From a bacterium (GTDB lineage Bacteria > Hinthialibacterota > Hinthialibacteria > Hinthialibacterales > Hinthialibacteraceae), in the NCBI GenBank assembly GCA_963662285.2, contig CAXXMV010000003.1:320001-384000 (forward strand): DNA of 64,000 bases. The letters are read 5' to 3'. The position numbers and the translations under genes are program-made. Each line of letters begins with the position of its first letter. Position 1 is the stretch's first letter. Shown in pieces: positions 20,819-31,050 of this stretch. The notes under the pieces are model-generated. The model worked only from the letters and a program-made list of their open reading frames with translations, ran no database searches and had not been told where the DNA came from.

Positions 20819-21067
20819 TCAGTGATCTATTAATGATCGCTGAGCGTTTTTTTTTGCATCTACAAATGCAGATTGCAGGGAATCTTCTATACCCCATAAC
20901 AAACCAAACATATTGATATTTCTTTTCAAATCATCTCGAACCATTTGATCATCACCGCATTTATCCAAAATTTGGTCAGGAGCAATAGATTCACCTTTAT
21001 TTAATCTGTTTACGTATTCTCCAAAAAGTTTTGCAGCAATTTCTATTTGCTTTTCAGTCAGATTCAT
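20819..21067 (-). CDS. 82-aa hypothetical protein, possible anti-sigma-like module
   Basis: GGAGG RBS; EYVNRLNKGESIAPDQIL...DDL helix pattern. Confidence 0.6.
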   Translation of the reverse strand: MNLTEKQIEIAAKLFGEYVNRLNKGESIAPDQILDKCGDDQMVRDDLKRNINMFGLLWGIEDSLQSAFVDAKKNAQRSLIDH

Positions 21068-21261
21068 TATTCCCTCCGCGAATATTTTTATCCAATGGCG
21101 AAAATATTTTCTCTTTTATAGAATATAGAGAAGTGTTTGAACATTTTTTGACAAAAAAAATGAACTTTTTTTATCTTTGCCATTGTAAACGTAAGAATAG
21201 ATAAAGTAATATTCATTGCTTATCAGGAATATTTTTTATCTTTTGTAGATGGAGAATACAC

Positions 21262-21903
21262 ATGAAATTACCTAGACCAAGAGATTTAGGAGAAAAATTA
21301 CGTGTATGGAGAGAAAAAAAAGGACTATCTGTAAAGGATGTGGTTAATAAAAGTAAAAATTCTGATGTTTGCCAAAAACCATTTGCTGCGGGAGATGTTT
21401 CTAAATGGGAGACGAAGAAATCTCTACCTACATATAGAAGGCTAGTTAGAGATATCTTTCCTGCATATGAAATTGATGACATCTCTGAGTTCCTTTTAGA
21501 AATTACTCCAGAATATGATTCAATAAATGATGTCATTCATATTACAAGAGACAAAATTTCGATTAAAAATGATCCCGAACTTTGTACTAGAAGTCTTTAT
21601 ATTGATCCACATTACATCCAGAAATATCCATTGAGAGTTGACTTCTTGTATATCGAATCAAATAAATGCAGTGAATGGAGACAACATAAAGGTTGTGAAT
21701 ATTTGCTGGTCACGAAAGGCCAGTTGAATGTGATGATTTCAGAATCTGAAGATAACATAAATGCTATATCCTATGAATTAAATGAAGGCGACGCAATCGC
21801 ATTCTCAGGTCATTTATTTCACAAACTTCAGGTTACTAAAGGTGAAAGAGCTAAAATTGTAGTAGGAAGGCCTGTGTGGAGTGGACGAGAAGTTGAACCA
21901 TAA
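21262..21903 (+). CDS. XRE-family HTH transcriptional regulator with cupin domain
   Basis: LGEKLRVWREKKGLS...VSKWET HTH; HKGCEYLLVTKGQL...LNEGDAIAF...H cupin. Confidence 0.85.
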   Translation: MKLPRPRDLGEKLRVWREKKGLSVKDVVNKSKNSDVCQKPFAAGDVSKWETKKSLPTYRRLVRDIFPAYEIDDISEFLLEITPEYDSINDVIHITRDKISIKNDPELCTRSLYIDPHYIQKYPLRVDFLYIESNKCSEWRQHKGCEYLLVTKGQLNVMISESEDNINAISYELNEGDAIAFSGHLFHKLQVTKGERAKIVVGRPVWSGREVEP

Positions 21904-22195
21904 TAAAAGAAAAGCATTATGTGACAAAGCGAGAGTTGCTCTGAATGAGATTAGAATCATACAATGCGGTAGGTATACACGGCTTTGAGTCCGAATAGAT
22001 ACTCGATGTATTTCTCTCCGTAATAACACCAGCCCAGGATGGTTAAATCGGCGAATAAGACTAATCCTAATAATACTATAAAAACATAGCATTTTATAAA
22101 CATTACGATTATTCGCTTTGTCTTCCATAATACAAGCGCATGGTATATTATCATATACGTAATATAATGAATTGGTTAACATATACTTATTTATA

Positions 22196-22209
22196 TTCGG
22201 AACTCCGAA
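22196..22209. promoter_or_regulatory. Palindrome upstream of parB, candidate binding site
   Basis: TTCGG-AACT-CCGAA about 50 bp before the ATG. Confidence 0.35.
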
Positions 22210-22259
22210 CTTCTCAAATTCTTGATTAACATATCCTCTTGATTTTTCGAGGCAGATGA

Positions 22260-23087
22260 ATGAGCGATATTTCAAATATTGAGCAGTATAAAACAGGTTG
22301 TTTATATCAGGTTCCCCTGGGTGAGATAGAGGCTGATCCCAATCAGCCCAGAAAATTCTTTGATAAAAAAGAATTGAACAAGTTATCTCAATCGATAAAG
22401 AATAAGGGCGTACTGCAGCCAGTTATTATCAGGGTTTGTGATAATCAATTGCTTCTGATTGCTGGAGAGCGGCGCCTGCGGGCCTCAAAAATTGCAAGAC
22501 TTAAATCAATTCCGGCTATTGTAGTCGAGGGCGACTCGGCGGAAATATCACTAATCGAGAATATCCAGCGTGAAGACCTGAATCCTATCGAAGAAGCTGA
22601 AGCCATTGCTAAACTTATTGAAATTAATGGATATAAAGATAAAGACCTCGTTCCAATTCTAGGTAAAGCCAAATCAACCATCAGCGAGATGAAGAAGTTG
22701 AATCTTCTGCCAGCCAGGATTAAAGACCAGTGCCGCAAGAGCAATCAATGGTCGCGCAACGTTCTACTGGAAATCGCCAAACAACCCACCAAAAAGAAAA
22801 TGCTCGAACTCTTTAATGAGGTGAAAAAGAATAATCTCAAGGGAAGAGAAGTGCGCACCATCACCCGTGGCAGAAGCCGGAAACGTAATAAAGCCTCAAT
22901 CATCGTCGATAAACTGCATAACGTTTTCAACTCCTTCACAGAATTGAAATTTGATGAGATTGAAGACGAGCAGAAGAAAAATCTCCGCACTGAACTAAGG
23001 GATATCAGAAAAAAAATCGATTCCATGCTGGATAATTTGAAAACTCAGGACGCTCCTGAAGAGTTGTCTTTATTTGATGATTTGTAG
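22260..23087 (+). CDS. parB: ParB/RepB/Spo0J family protein (orphan, no adjacent parA)
   Basis: DPNQPRK, GVLQPV, LIAGERRLRA, SLIENIQREDLNPIEEA and HTH GKAKSTISE. Confidence 0.92.
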   Translation: MSDISNIEQYKTGCLYQVPLGEIEADPNQPRKFFDKKELNKLSQSIKNKGVLQPVIIRVCDNQLLLIAGERRLRASKIARLKSIPAIVVEGDSAEISLIENIQREDLNPIEEAEAIAKLIEINGYKDKDLVPILGKAKSTISEMKKLNLLPARIKDQCRKSNQWSRNVLLEIAKQPTKKKMLELFNEVKKNNLKGREVRTITRGRSRKRNKASIIVDKLHNVFNSFTELKFDEIEDEQKKNLRTELRDIRKKIDSMLDNLKTQDAPEELSLFDDL

Positions 23088-23195
23088 GAATCAATTAATT
23101 GTGCGCCTGGTTGGATCGAAGGTGATTGCAACAAGGTCTGACAGAATTCCGTGGTCTTGCCCTTGCCACTTGTCAAATCTGGCAAATTTATTAAA

Positions 23196-23230
23196 AAGGG
23201 TGAGCTAAATATCAAATTCAGCCCACCCTT
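23196..23230 (-). terminator. Terminator hairpin, homologous to 25862-25896
   Basis: aagggtgagct...agcccaccctt with an A-run on the plus strand. Confidence 0.65.
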
Positions 23231-23260
23231 AATAGAAATTTTTGTCTTGGATTCAGGAGA

Positions 23261-25752
23261 TTAGAATAAAGACCATTCCTTAACAACTGTTCCTGTATCC
23301 TCGTAGTTGAACAATGCTTCTCCATTGAATTGATAGGAATATTTAGCGGTCATAGTCCAATACGGTCCGCTTGCTCTATCCACCAGTTTGTAAAAATCGG
23401 TATATCCATATATAGAGTCGCCGGACGAGTTGAATGTGTAGAATTGGTATGGCGCCAGTATGTGATCGACTAAACTGATCAGAATTTCTTTGCTGGTTGA
23501 ATCGGTTTGGGGATAATCTTCTTTTACGGAGATCATAGTGAGAAACCATGCGGCATCGTAGGCCATATAATCATAATCGGTTGGTTTGATGCCGATAAAA
23601 TCTTCCAAGACTTTTCGATAGGCTTTTTCAAACATACTAAATAAGTCCTGTGAAACGGTTCCAGGTGAAAAGGCGGTGAAATTGGTCTCTAGAGCGAAAG
23701 CAAAAGATGCTGGATCGTTGGCGATAGACGAGTTTTTGGCTAATCCATCTCCACCGAACCAACGGACGTCTCGCAATATTGAATCCTCAGGAATAGCGTT
23801 GAATAAGCCAACCGCTTCATCCAAAGATATAGCCAGGACTGCGGTTTTTTCTGTTCCTGAAATTGCTGCGGCGGATGTGATTCCATCTGTAATTAATCCG
23901 ATGGTCCCGGTGAAATCAGTAGTATCAACGCTATATGAAATGCCCTCGGCGCAGGTTCCACCGATTGCTTCGAATTTATCTTTGAAAAGCGAATATAAAT
24001 CGGCGCCATAATTATCATCGCGGTATACGGGTTGAACAAACTCAATCCCTAAATCTTGGAGATATACAGCTAAGGCATTAGCCAGTTTTTCGTTATCTAA
24101 AGCAAGACGGAATATGTTATCATCGACGGCCAGATCGAGCGATGTGCTGCTGGGTGAGATTAGGATTAGATCATTCTCGTTGGCGTAGGTTGCTACGGCG
24201 CTTAGTTCGCTGCTTTTCAATGGGCCGACGAACAATTCAACTCCCTGACTGTGCAATTCCTGGATTTTTTCCAGAGCAATTTGCGGATCAGAGGCCGTAT
24301 CTGCAACAACAATATCGATTGATGAATTCTCGGTGAAATTACGTTTTAGATAATGAGTTAAATCCGAAGACGCCATATCCAGAACTTTTTGAATTTCTAA
24401 ACCCATTGTGGAGTTATCGCCCGTTAAAGGCAGCAACGCTCCAATTTTTACCATGCGGTCGGTATACAATGGAGGATACTCATAATAGTTATACGTTTCG
24501 TATAAGTCCCCCAGTTCTGGTTGTGGCTTTTGATAGGAAGCAATCAGAGTCCATCATAATGGCCATTAGATTCCATGAAACTATGGAATGCTGTAACGCC
24601 ATTTGAACTATCTCCGTTAACATCGAAAACCAAAAAGTTGTTGACGCCAAATACTTCATAGGAGACTTTAATAAATTCTTCTTTGACATCAAAAACATCG
24701 GCCATCAAAGCGACGAAAGAAGCAATTTGGAAGGCATCATAAACAAAAGTAACAATATCTTCCTGTAATATTTCATCGGTCGATTTGTAGATTCGAGTCA
24801 AAAGGTTTTCGCATGTAGGAACGTGCGGATAAAAAGGATGGTATAAATCCTTAACAGAAGCAGCTGCAAAGGTGAAATTGGTTTGCAGCGCGAACGCTTT
24901 AACATCTTCGTCATTGGTGAAAGCAGAAATATGAGCGGCGTCATCATTATTAATCCACCGGGTTTGTTTAAGAGCGTCATGTTGGTAAGATAATTTGACA
25001 ATAGCCCCGATTTCATCATATGAGATGGAGATAACTGCTGTGCGGGATGAACTATCGGCGTTGATGCTCTCTTCAACAACCTGGTTGAGTTGTTGAACCG
25101 TGTCTGCAAAATCAGTTTGTTCGGGTGAATATTTAACTTCTCCGGCAATGGTTCCCCCTGCAGCAACCCATAAAGGCTTAAAAGCATTGGCGTATTCATT
25201 ACCATAGGTATCATCACGGAACAAAAGCGCTACGGATTTATGATCATGCCTTTGCAAGAATTCTGAGACCGCTGTGGCTTTTTCAATATCATTCATGTGC
25301 ATCCGGAAAATCATATCGTCAATGGCCAATGAAGGGGATGTACTGGTTGGCGATATGATCAAAATATGATTTTCATCAGCAAAAGGTTTGATTTTCTCTA
25401 CGCATGAACTTGAGAACGGGCCAATGATGACCTGAATGCCTTGATCATGCAATTGCTGGATCTTCTCCAGTGCCACATCTGGATTGGTCTCTGTATCTTC
25501 AGCGACCAATTGAATATTCATATCAGAAAATAAACGTTCTATGTCTGCTTCAGCAATATCTAAAACAGCCTGCGTTGTTTGGCCCATGACGGATAAACCG
25601 CCGGTAAAGGGCGCCAAAACTCCAATTTTAACAATTTCCTGGGCGAATAAATTCGGGGTGATCGTCACGAGAAGCAACATGATTATGCCAAACAAAAAAA
25701 ACGATTTAATTTTTGTTTGACATTTGTTTGAGTGCAATAGTTTGTTATGCAT
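23261..25752 (-). pseudogene. Frameshifted paralog of the double type I periplasmic-binding-fold protein (ORFs 24544-25752 and 23261-24469)
   Basis: Both halves align with 25937-28459; one missing base near 24553 splits the frame. Confidence 0.85.
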
Positions 25753-25861
25753 AGGACTTATTTTTTAATCTATCCTTTCATTTTAAAATATATATTAAAT
25801 ATTATGATCTTACTATATAGTTCATATTGCTTATAGCGCATGGGAAGTCTAAAAAGCAAAA

Positions 25862-25896
25862 AAAGGTGAGTTACATATAAAATTCAACCCACCTTT
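25862..25896 (-). terminator. Terminator hairpin
   Basis: aaaggtgagtt...aacccaccttt with an A-run on the plus strand. Confidence 0.6.
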
Positions 25897-25936
25897 AATA
25901 TTAATTTGCTTATCAGGCGCAAATCCTTACGCAGTA

Positions 25937-28459
25937 TTAATATAAAGACCATTCCGCAACAGCTGTTCCTGGTGCAGGATCGAAATTATATAATTTCTCT
26001 CCATTGAACTGATAGGAATATTTGGCGGTTGTACTCCAATAGGCGCCGTTAGTTCCATCCTTCAACCGATAAAAGTCAGTGTATCCATATTGTGAATCAC
26101 CGAACGAGTTGAATGTATAGAATTGAAACGGACCTTGTGCATGGTTGACCAGGTCAAATAGTAATTCACTTTGGGAAGCGCCAGTTTGGTCGTAATCTTC
26201 TTTGACAGTTAGCATCGTCAGGAACCATGCTGCATCATAAGCCATATAATCATAAGCGGCTGGTTTGCTTCCGATGAAATCACGTAATACATTACGCCAT
26301 GATCTTTCAAACATCCCGAAAATATCGTATGAGGTGTTTCCCGGTGAGAATGCCGTGAAATGTGTTTTGAGCGCGAAACTGTAGGCTGAAGGATCGTTGG
26401 CTATTGATGCATTTTCAGATAGGCCATCACCACCGAACCAGCGTACTTCACGCAATATCGAATCCTCTGGTATTGTGTTGAATAAATTTACCGCTTCATC
26501 TAAAGCAATGACTAATACAGCAGTGTTTGTTGTTTCATGAATTGCTGCTGCCGATGCAATACCATCTTTAAGAAAATCAACGGTTTCACTAAAATCAGAG
26601 GTATCAATGCTGTATGAGACGCCTTCAGCGCAGATTCCGCCGACGGCCTCGAACTTTTCCTTAAATACCGTATAGAAATCAGCGCCGTAAATATCATCGC
26701 GGTAAACCGTCTGGACGAACTCAATGCCGATATCCTTGAGATACGCAGCCAGGGCATTGGCCATTTTTCCATTATCCAAGGCAAGACGGAAGATATTATC
26801 ATCGAGAGCCAGATCAAGAGACGTGCTGCTGGGAGAGAGCAGGGTAAGTCCATTGTCATTGGCATAGGTTGCTACAGAACTTAACTCACTGCTGGTTAGA
26901 GGGCCGATGAAAAGTTCCACTCCCTGACTGTGCAGTTCCTGAATTTTTTCTAATGCAACTTGTGGATCAGAGGCCGTATCAACCGACACTATCTCAATGG
27001 ATGAATTTTCTGTAAATTGTCTTTTCAGATATTTCGTTAAATCTGAACCGGCCATCTCCAAGGTTTTTTGCATCTGCAATCCCATAGAAGCATTATCACC
27101 GGTTATCGACAAGAGCGCGCCGATTTTTACGGAGCGATCTGTAAAGATGGGAGGATATTCGCTATAGTTATAAGGTATATACAATTCATAGGGCGGTTGG
27201 GGCGTTCGGTAGGTTGCGACCAATCCCCATCCTGCTTGACCATCAGAGACCATGAAACGATGGAATCCGGTTGTACCATTACTGCGGTCTCCGTTTTCAT
27301 CAAAAATTAAAAAACTGCTGATTCCAAAAAGTTCTTGAGAAAGTTCAATAAAACTTTCTTTTGTATCAATGAAATCGACCAGCAAAGCGGCAAAGCAACC
27401 TACCTGGAAGGAATCGTAAACATAAAAAATGATATCTTCCTGAAGTTTTTCATTGGTCGATTCATATATTTGCGTCAGGAGGTTTTCACATTTTGGAACA
27501 TGTAGATAATAGGGGTGGTACAGTTCCTGGACGGCAACTGAGGCAAAGGTGAATTCAGTTTGCAGGGCGAAATTTTTCACATCTGCGTCATTCAAGAACG
27601 CATCAATGTGGGAAGCGGATTCATTTTCAATCCATTTCACTTGCGAAAGCGCCTCATGTTGTGAAGCCGCTTTGGCGATGTCGCCGATCTCTTCGTATGA
27701 AATAGACAGGACGACAGTTTGTGATGCGCTATTTGCATCGATGTTATCTTGCACTATTTGGTTGAGTTGTTGGACAGTTTCAGTAAAATCAGTTTGATCC
27801 GTTGAATATTTAACCTCATCAATAACCGTTCCGCCCAATTCAATCCACAAAGGCTTGAAGGTATTAGCGTATTCATTGCCATAAGTATCATCACGGTATA
27901 GCAGCGCAACGGATTGATAATCTTGTTGCTGTATGAATTCAGCAACAGCAGCGGCTTTGTTGTTATCATTCGGGTGCATCCGGAAAATCATATCATCCTC
28001 AGCCAGGGAAGGGGCTGTGCTGGTCGGAGATATGATCAAAATGTGGTTTTCATCAGCAAAAGGTTTAATCTTCTCGACGCATGAACTGGAGAACGGTCCA
28101 ATGATTACCTTTATGCCTTGATCATATAATATTTTAATTTTTTCCAATGCGACATCGGGATTAGTCTCCGTATCTTCGACGACAATTTCGAATTCTATGT
28201 CGTTAAATAATTTCTCTACATTTGATTTAGCAGTTTCAAGCGCAGCCTGGGCAGTTTTCCCCATAATAGATAGACCGCCGCTAAATGGGATCAAGGCGCC
28301 AACTTTAACAATTTCTTGGGCGAACGAATTTGGAGTGAGCGTACCTTGAAGCAAAATAATCATCCCAAACACCAACAGCGATTTCATTCCACGTTGTATG
28401 ATTCGATTTTGTGATAAACCAGAATACAAAAAAATCATCTTCTTATTAATTCCTCTCAT
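25937..28459 (-). CDS. Secreted protein with two tandem LivJ/ANF-receptor-like substrate-binding domains and TAVAEWSLY tail
   Basis: Signal peptide ending SFA-QE; VKVGALIPFSG..IIGPFSS..ISPTSTAP occurs again as VKIGALLSITG..FIGPLTS..LSPSSTS. Confidence 0.88.
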   Translation of the reverse strand: MRGINKKMIFLYSGLSQNRIIQRGMKSLLVFGMIILLQGTLTPNSFAQEIVKVGALIPFSGGLSIMGKTAQAALETAKSNVEKLFNDIEFEIVVEDTETNPDVALEKIKILYDQGIKVIIGPFSSSCVEKIKPFADENHILIISPTSTAPSLAEDDMIFRMHPNDNNKAAAVAEFIQQQDYQSVALLYRDDTYGNEYANTFKPLWIELGGTVIDEVKYSTDQTDFTETVQQLNQIVQDNIDANSASQTVVLSISYEEIGDIAKAASQHEALSQVKWIENESASHIDAFLNDADVKNFALQTEFTFASVAVQELYHPYYLHVPKCENLLTQIYESTNEKLQEDIIFYVYDSFQVGCFAALLVDFIDTKESFIELSQELFGISSFLIFDENGDRSNGTTGFHRFMVSDGQAGWGLVATYRTPQPPYELYIPYNYSEYPPIFTDRSVKIGALLSITGDNASMGLQMQKTLEMAGSDLTKYLKRQFTENSSIEIVSVDTASDPQVALEKIQELHSQGVELFIGPLTSSELSSVATYANDNGLTLLSPSSTSLDLALDDNIFRLALDNGKMANALAAYLKDIGIEFVQTVYRDDIYGADFYTVFKEKFEAVGGICAEGVSYSIDTSDFSETVDFLKDGIASAAAIHETTNTAVLVIALDEAVNLFNTIPEDSILREVRWFGGDGLSENASIANDPSAYSFALKTHFTAFSPGNTSYDIFGMFERSWRNVLRDFIGSKPAAYDYMAYDAAWFLTMLTVKEDYDQTGASQSELLFDLVNHAQGPFQFYTFNSFGDSQYGYTDFYRLKDGTNGAYWSTTAKYSYQFNGEKLYNFDPAPGTAVAEWSLY

Positions 28460-28636
28460 GTTTGTTTTATAAGACAGTTAATAGTTTACTACTTCCAATT
28501 AATTATCTAATCCTTTGTATCTTTTTTTTAAATTATTTGTGTATTATGTAAAAAATAAATACATAAATACATTCGGATATTCGAATTATGTTTGAGATGA
28601 TATCCAGGGATATTGTTTAAGGAAAAGATTTTCAGG

Positions 28637-28672
28637 AAAAAAAAACAAGGAGCTTGCAATAAGCCCCTTGTT
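28637..28672 (-). terminator. Rho-independent terminator
   Basis: Minus strand aacaaggggctt-loop-aagctccttgtt followed by a T-run. Confidence 0.75.
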
Positions 28673-28704
28673 GTATGCGTATTTCTATTCAATTGAAACA
28701 GGAA

Positions 28705-30897
28705 TTAGAACAAACTCCAATCCTGCACAGCAGTTCCGCCATCGAGTAAATTCAAAATAGTCCAACCCGATTCGTTGTTGTATGGTTCAAAGACATTTCC
28801 GTTTGCTTCGCTGGAGTGCCATCCCCATTTTCCAGTGCGCACGCCGGGATTGTCGGCATCGCTGCTGTTCATCATGATGTCGAATCCGATCTGTGTGCGG
28901 GAAGCCGGATCAAGAATTGCGTCTTTAATCACGCGGTATTCAACTACGAAGCCTGAATTGTCATCTTTGACTTTAGCGCCGACAGCCCAATAGATAATTA
29001 GGTCTTCTCCGTCGCGGCCATTTTCCATATACTTACCACCGCCTGGAGCATCAAGCATTTCCGGGAAATACTTGTTGTTGGATGCGGCAATCCTACCGTC
29101 GCCCACAACCGTCAGCTGGCATCCTAAATTATTGCTTTCGATGGAAGCACTGCGTGATAGATTTCCATCAAAGTATAATTCCGTGCTATCAGCGTTCCAG
29201 AAGCTTGCATCGGGATATTCAAAACTGAGGTTTGGATCGGTAACGTCGAGACTTACGTACAAATAATCCGTATCGTGAAATACGTAGAAGGAGACGTTTT
29301 CTTCATCAGCGGGATACTCAACGCCGGAAATATGAACGCCCGGCGCGGTATTACCATCAGAAGTGTCGTGATTGAATGAATAGACATTGGCGTCTTGGTA
29401 TTCACCATCACTGATGATGCCGTCCAGGGTTACTGTGTTGGAAAGGAATGGAGCTTCCACCATCGTATCTTTGACATATTGGCTGAAATATAGAGGCGTA
29501 TTTACACCAAAAATGGATTCGCCGTCCACTGTTCCAGACCAGACCGGAGCTAGAGTAATCTCGCTAGGAGAAACAGCATTATAGGTCAAGTTTACAGCCG
29601 CATCAGAAGCGACTTCAACTTCCCAGGAAATTACGCCATCAGCAACTGTTCCGCCATTACTGATATCAGATGCCGACCAGCCTTCAGGTAGGGTTTCCAG
29701 TACGGTTACGGTATCGGTTTCACCTTTCATGGTTAATGAAAGTTCAATGCCTAAAGTCGCTGAATCTCCTTGATAAATGGTAGCGTCATCGGAAAAGGAT
29801 CTCACTGCCAGACAGAAAGAAGAGACCAAACCGAAACGGATGTTATCAATCAAAAGATTTTGACCATCCGCGGTATTGGCGTCGCTGCCCTGATCATGAT
29901 GAAAACCAATAGCGAAATCGCCGCCTTCAATGATTGAATTCATGTGCGGCCCCAAATCCAAAGAGAAACCAAGAGGTCTCCAATTGGCTTGGTTGCCGCT
30001 GATGCCTCTAAATTCCACAGGAACGCTTGTTCCTCCTGAGGTGGAGACCAAGTAGGGGCGTATTACGCACCAGGTAGAGAAATCTGAGGTCACGCAGGCA
30101 TCAAAATAGATAGCGCGAACTCTGGACCAATCTACGTCTTCTTTGGTGTTGATAGTCTTGGCGGAGCGCATGTTACCCTGAGTAATTGAAATCAACATGC
30201 AGTTGTCGCCTTCAGACGGCGTGACGAAATCAGCGCCCAATACGGGAGGTAGTGCAGCCTGATCTTTCATCCAACCCAGAGGAGCGTCATCACCGGGATT
30301 GGTTTCGTTTAAGCCGTAAACCGGGATAATTTCCAATTCGATAGGATTAAGTGGACGAACGGCATAGATGTTGTCCAGGTAAAAACGTCCTGTTCCAATC
30401 GTTCCGGCGCTGATGACCATATTGATTCTATTGAAGTCAGCCATCTCGTTTGATGAGCGGTAAGGATCAATAGGCATAACGACTTCATACCATTCACCCG
30501 GGGTAATGTAATCGAAGGACAGGCAATCATCCGGCGGCAAATGTATACGCATGGGAACATGTCCGTTACCATCGGTTGCACTGTCATCCAGAAAATACAT
30601 AGAGAAACGTAGTTCTGTGACGCCAGTCAAATCATGAGACTCAGGCAATGTGATATTGGCCTGTGACCATGAATTGCTGCTGGTGCAATCATACTCTACG
30701 TATACCGCCCAGGGACTATCGATCTCTGGTACATTCTCTGCTGCTACTTCGTCGATCATAGAGAACGTAACTGAACCACCAGCCATCGCTACATCAGATA
30801 ATTCAAAACTGTCAACAAATACGTTTTCGGTCTGGGCAAAGCCCTGACTCACAATCAGTGATACAAATAGTACGCACATCGCAAATCTTTTTGTCAT
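28705..30897 (-). CDS. Secreted multi-domain carbohydrate-binding-like protein (C-terminal CBM9/DOMON-like) with TAVQDWSLF tail
   Basis: GGAGG RBS, signal peptide; two jelly-roll-like units ending FYLDNI and LIDNIRF; TLDG..DYLYVSLDVTD..DSTELYFDG..IGFDIMMN CBM9-like pattern. Confidence 0.7.
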   Translation of the reverse strand: MTKRFAMCVLFVSLIVSQGFAQTENVFVDSFELSDVAMAGGSVTFSMIDEVAAENVPEIDSPWAVYVEYDCTSSNSWSQANITLPESHDLTGVTELRFSMYFLDDSATDGNGHVPMRIHLPPDDCLSFDYITPGEWYEVVMPIDPYRSSNEMADFNRINMVISAGTIGTGRFYLDNIYAVRPLNPIELEIIPVYGLNETNPGDDAPLGWMKDQAALPPVLGADFVTPSEGDNCMLISITQGNMRSAKTINTKEDVDWSRVRAIYFDACVTSDFSTWCVIRPYLVSTSGGTSVPVEFRGISGNQANWRPLGFSLDLGPHMNSIIEGGDFAIGFHHDQGSDANTADGQNLLIDNIRFGLVSSFCLAVRSFSDDATIYQGDSATLGIELSLTMKGETDTVTVLETLPEGWSASDISNGGTVADGVISWEVEVASDAAVNLTYNAVSPSEITLAPVWSGTVDGESIFGVNTPLYFSQYVKDTMVEAPFLSNTVTLDGIISDGEYQDANVYSFNHDTSDGNTAPGVHISGVEYPADEENVSFYVFHDTDYLYVSLDVTDPNLSFEYPDASFWNADSTELYFDGNLSRSASIESNNLGCQLTVVGDGRIAASNNKYFPEMLDAPGGGKYMENGRDGEDLIIYWAVGAKVKDDNSGFVVEYRVIKDAILDPASRTQIGFDIMMNSSDADNPGVRTGKWGWHSSEANGNVFEPYNNESGWTILNLLDGGTAVQDWSLF

Positions 30898-31050
30898 GTA
30901 AAACCTCCAATAGTGGAATTAATTAGCGCCGTTTCAAAAAACGGCCTGCTATTGATTTTACTAGCCGGACAAATGCTATAAAGCCCTGTTTACCTAGAAA
31001 AAAAATTAAAAAAAATATTTTAATCTCATTATCGATTCAATCATGATAAT

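Noticed and set aside
21814-22275. 153-aa and 65-aa minus-strand ORFs
   Set aside because: The longer one overlaps both neighbours, AT-rich context, no RBS or motif; the 65-aa ORF has one hydrophobic stretch but no other support
19600-23100. Prophage or integrated plasmid
   Set aside because: No integrase, replication or structural genes and no att repeats found; only XRE and ParB
23261-24469. Independent 402-aa gene
   Set aside because: TTG start without signal peptide; it is the 3' half of the frameshifted paralog
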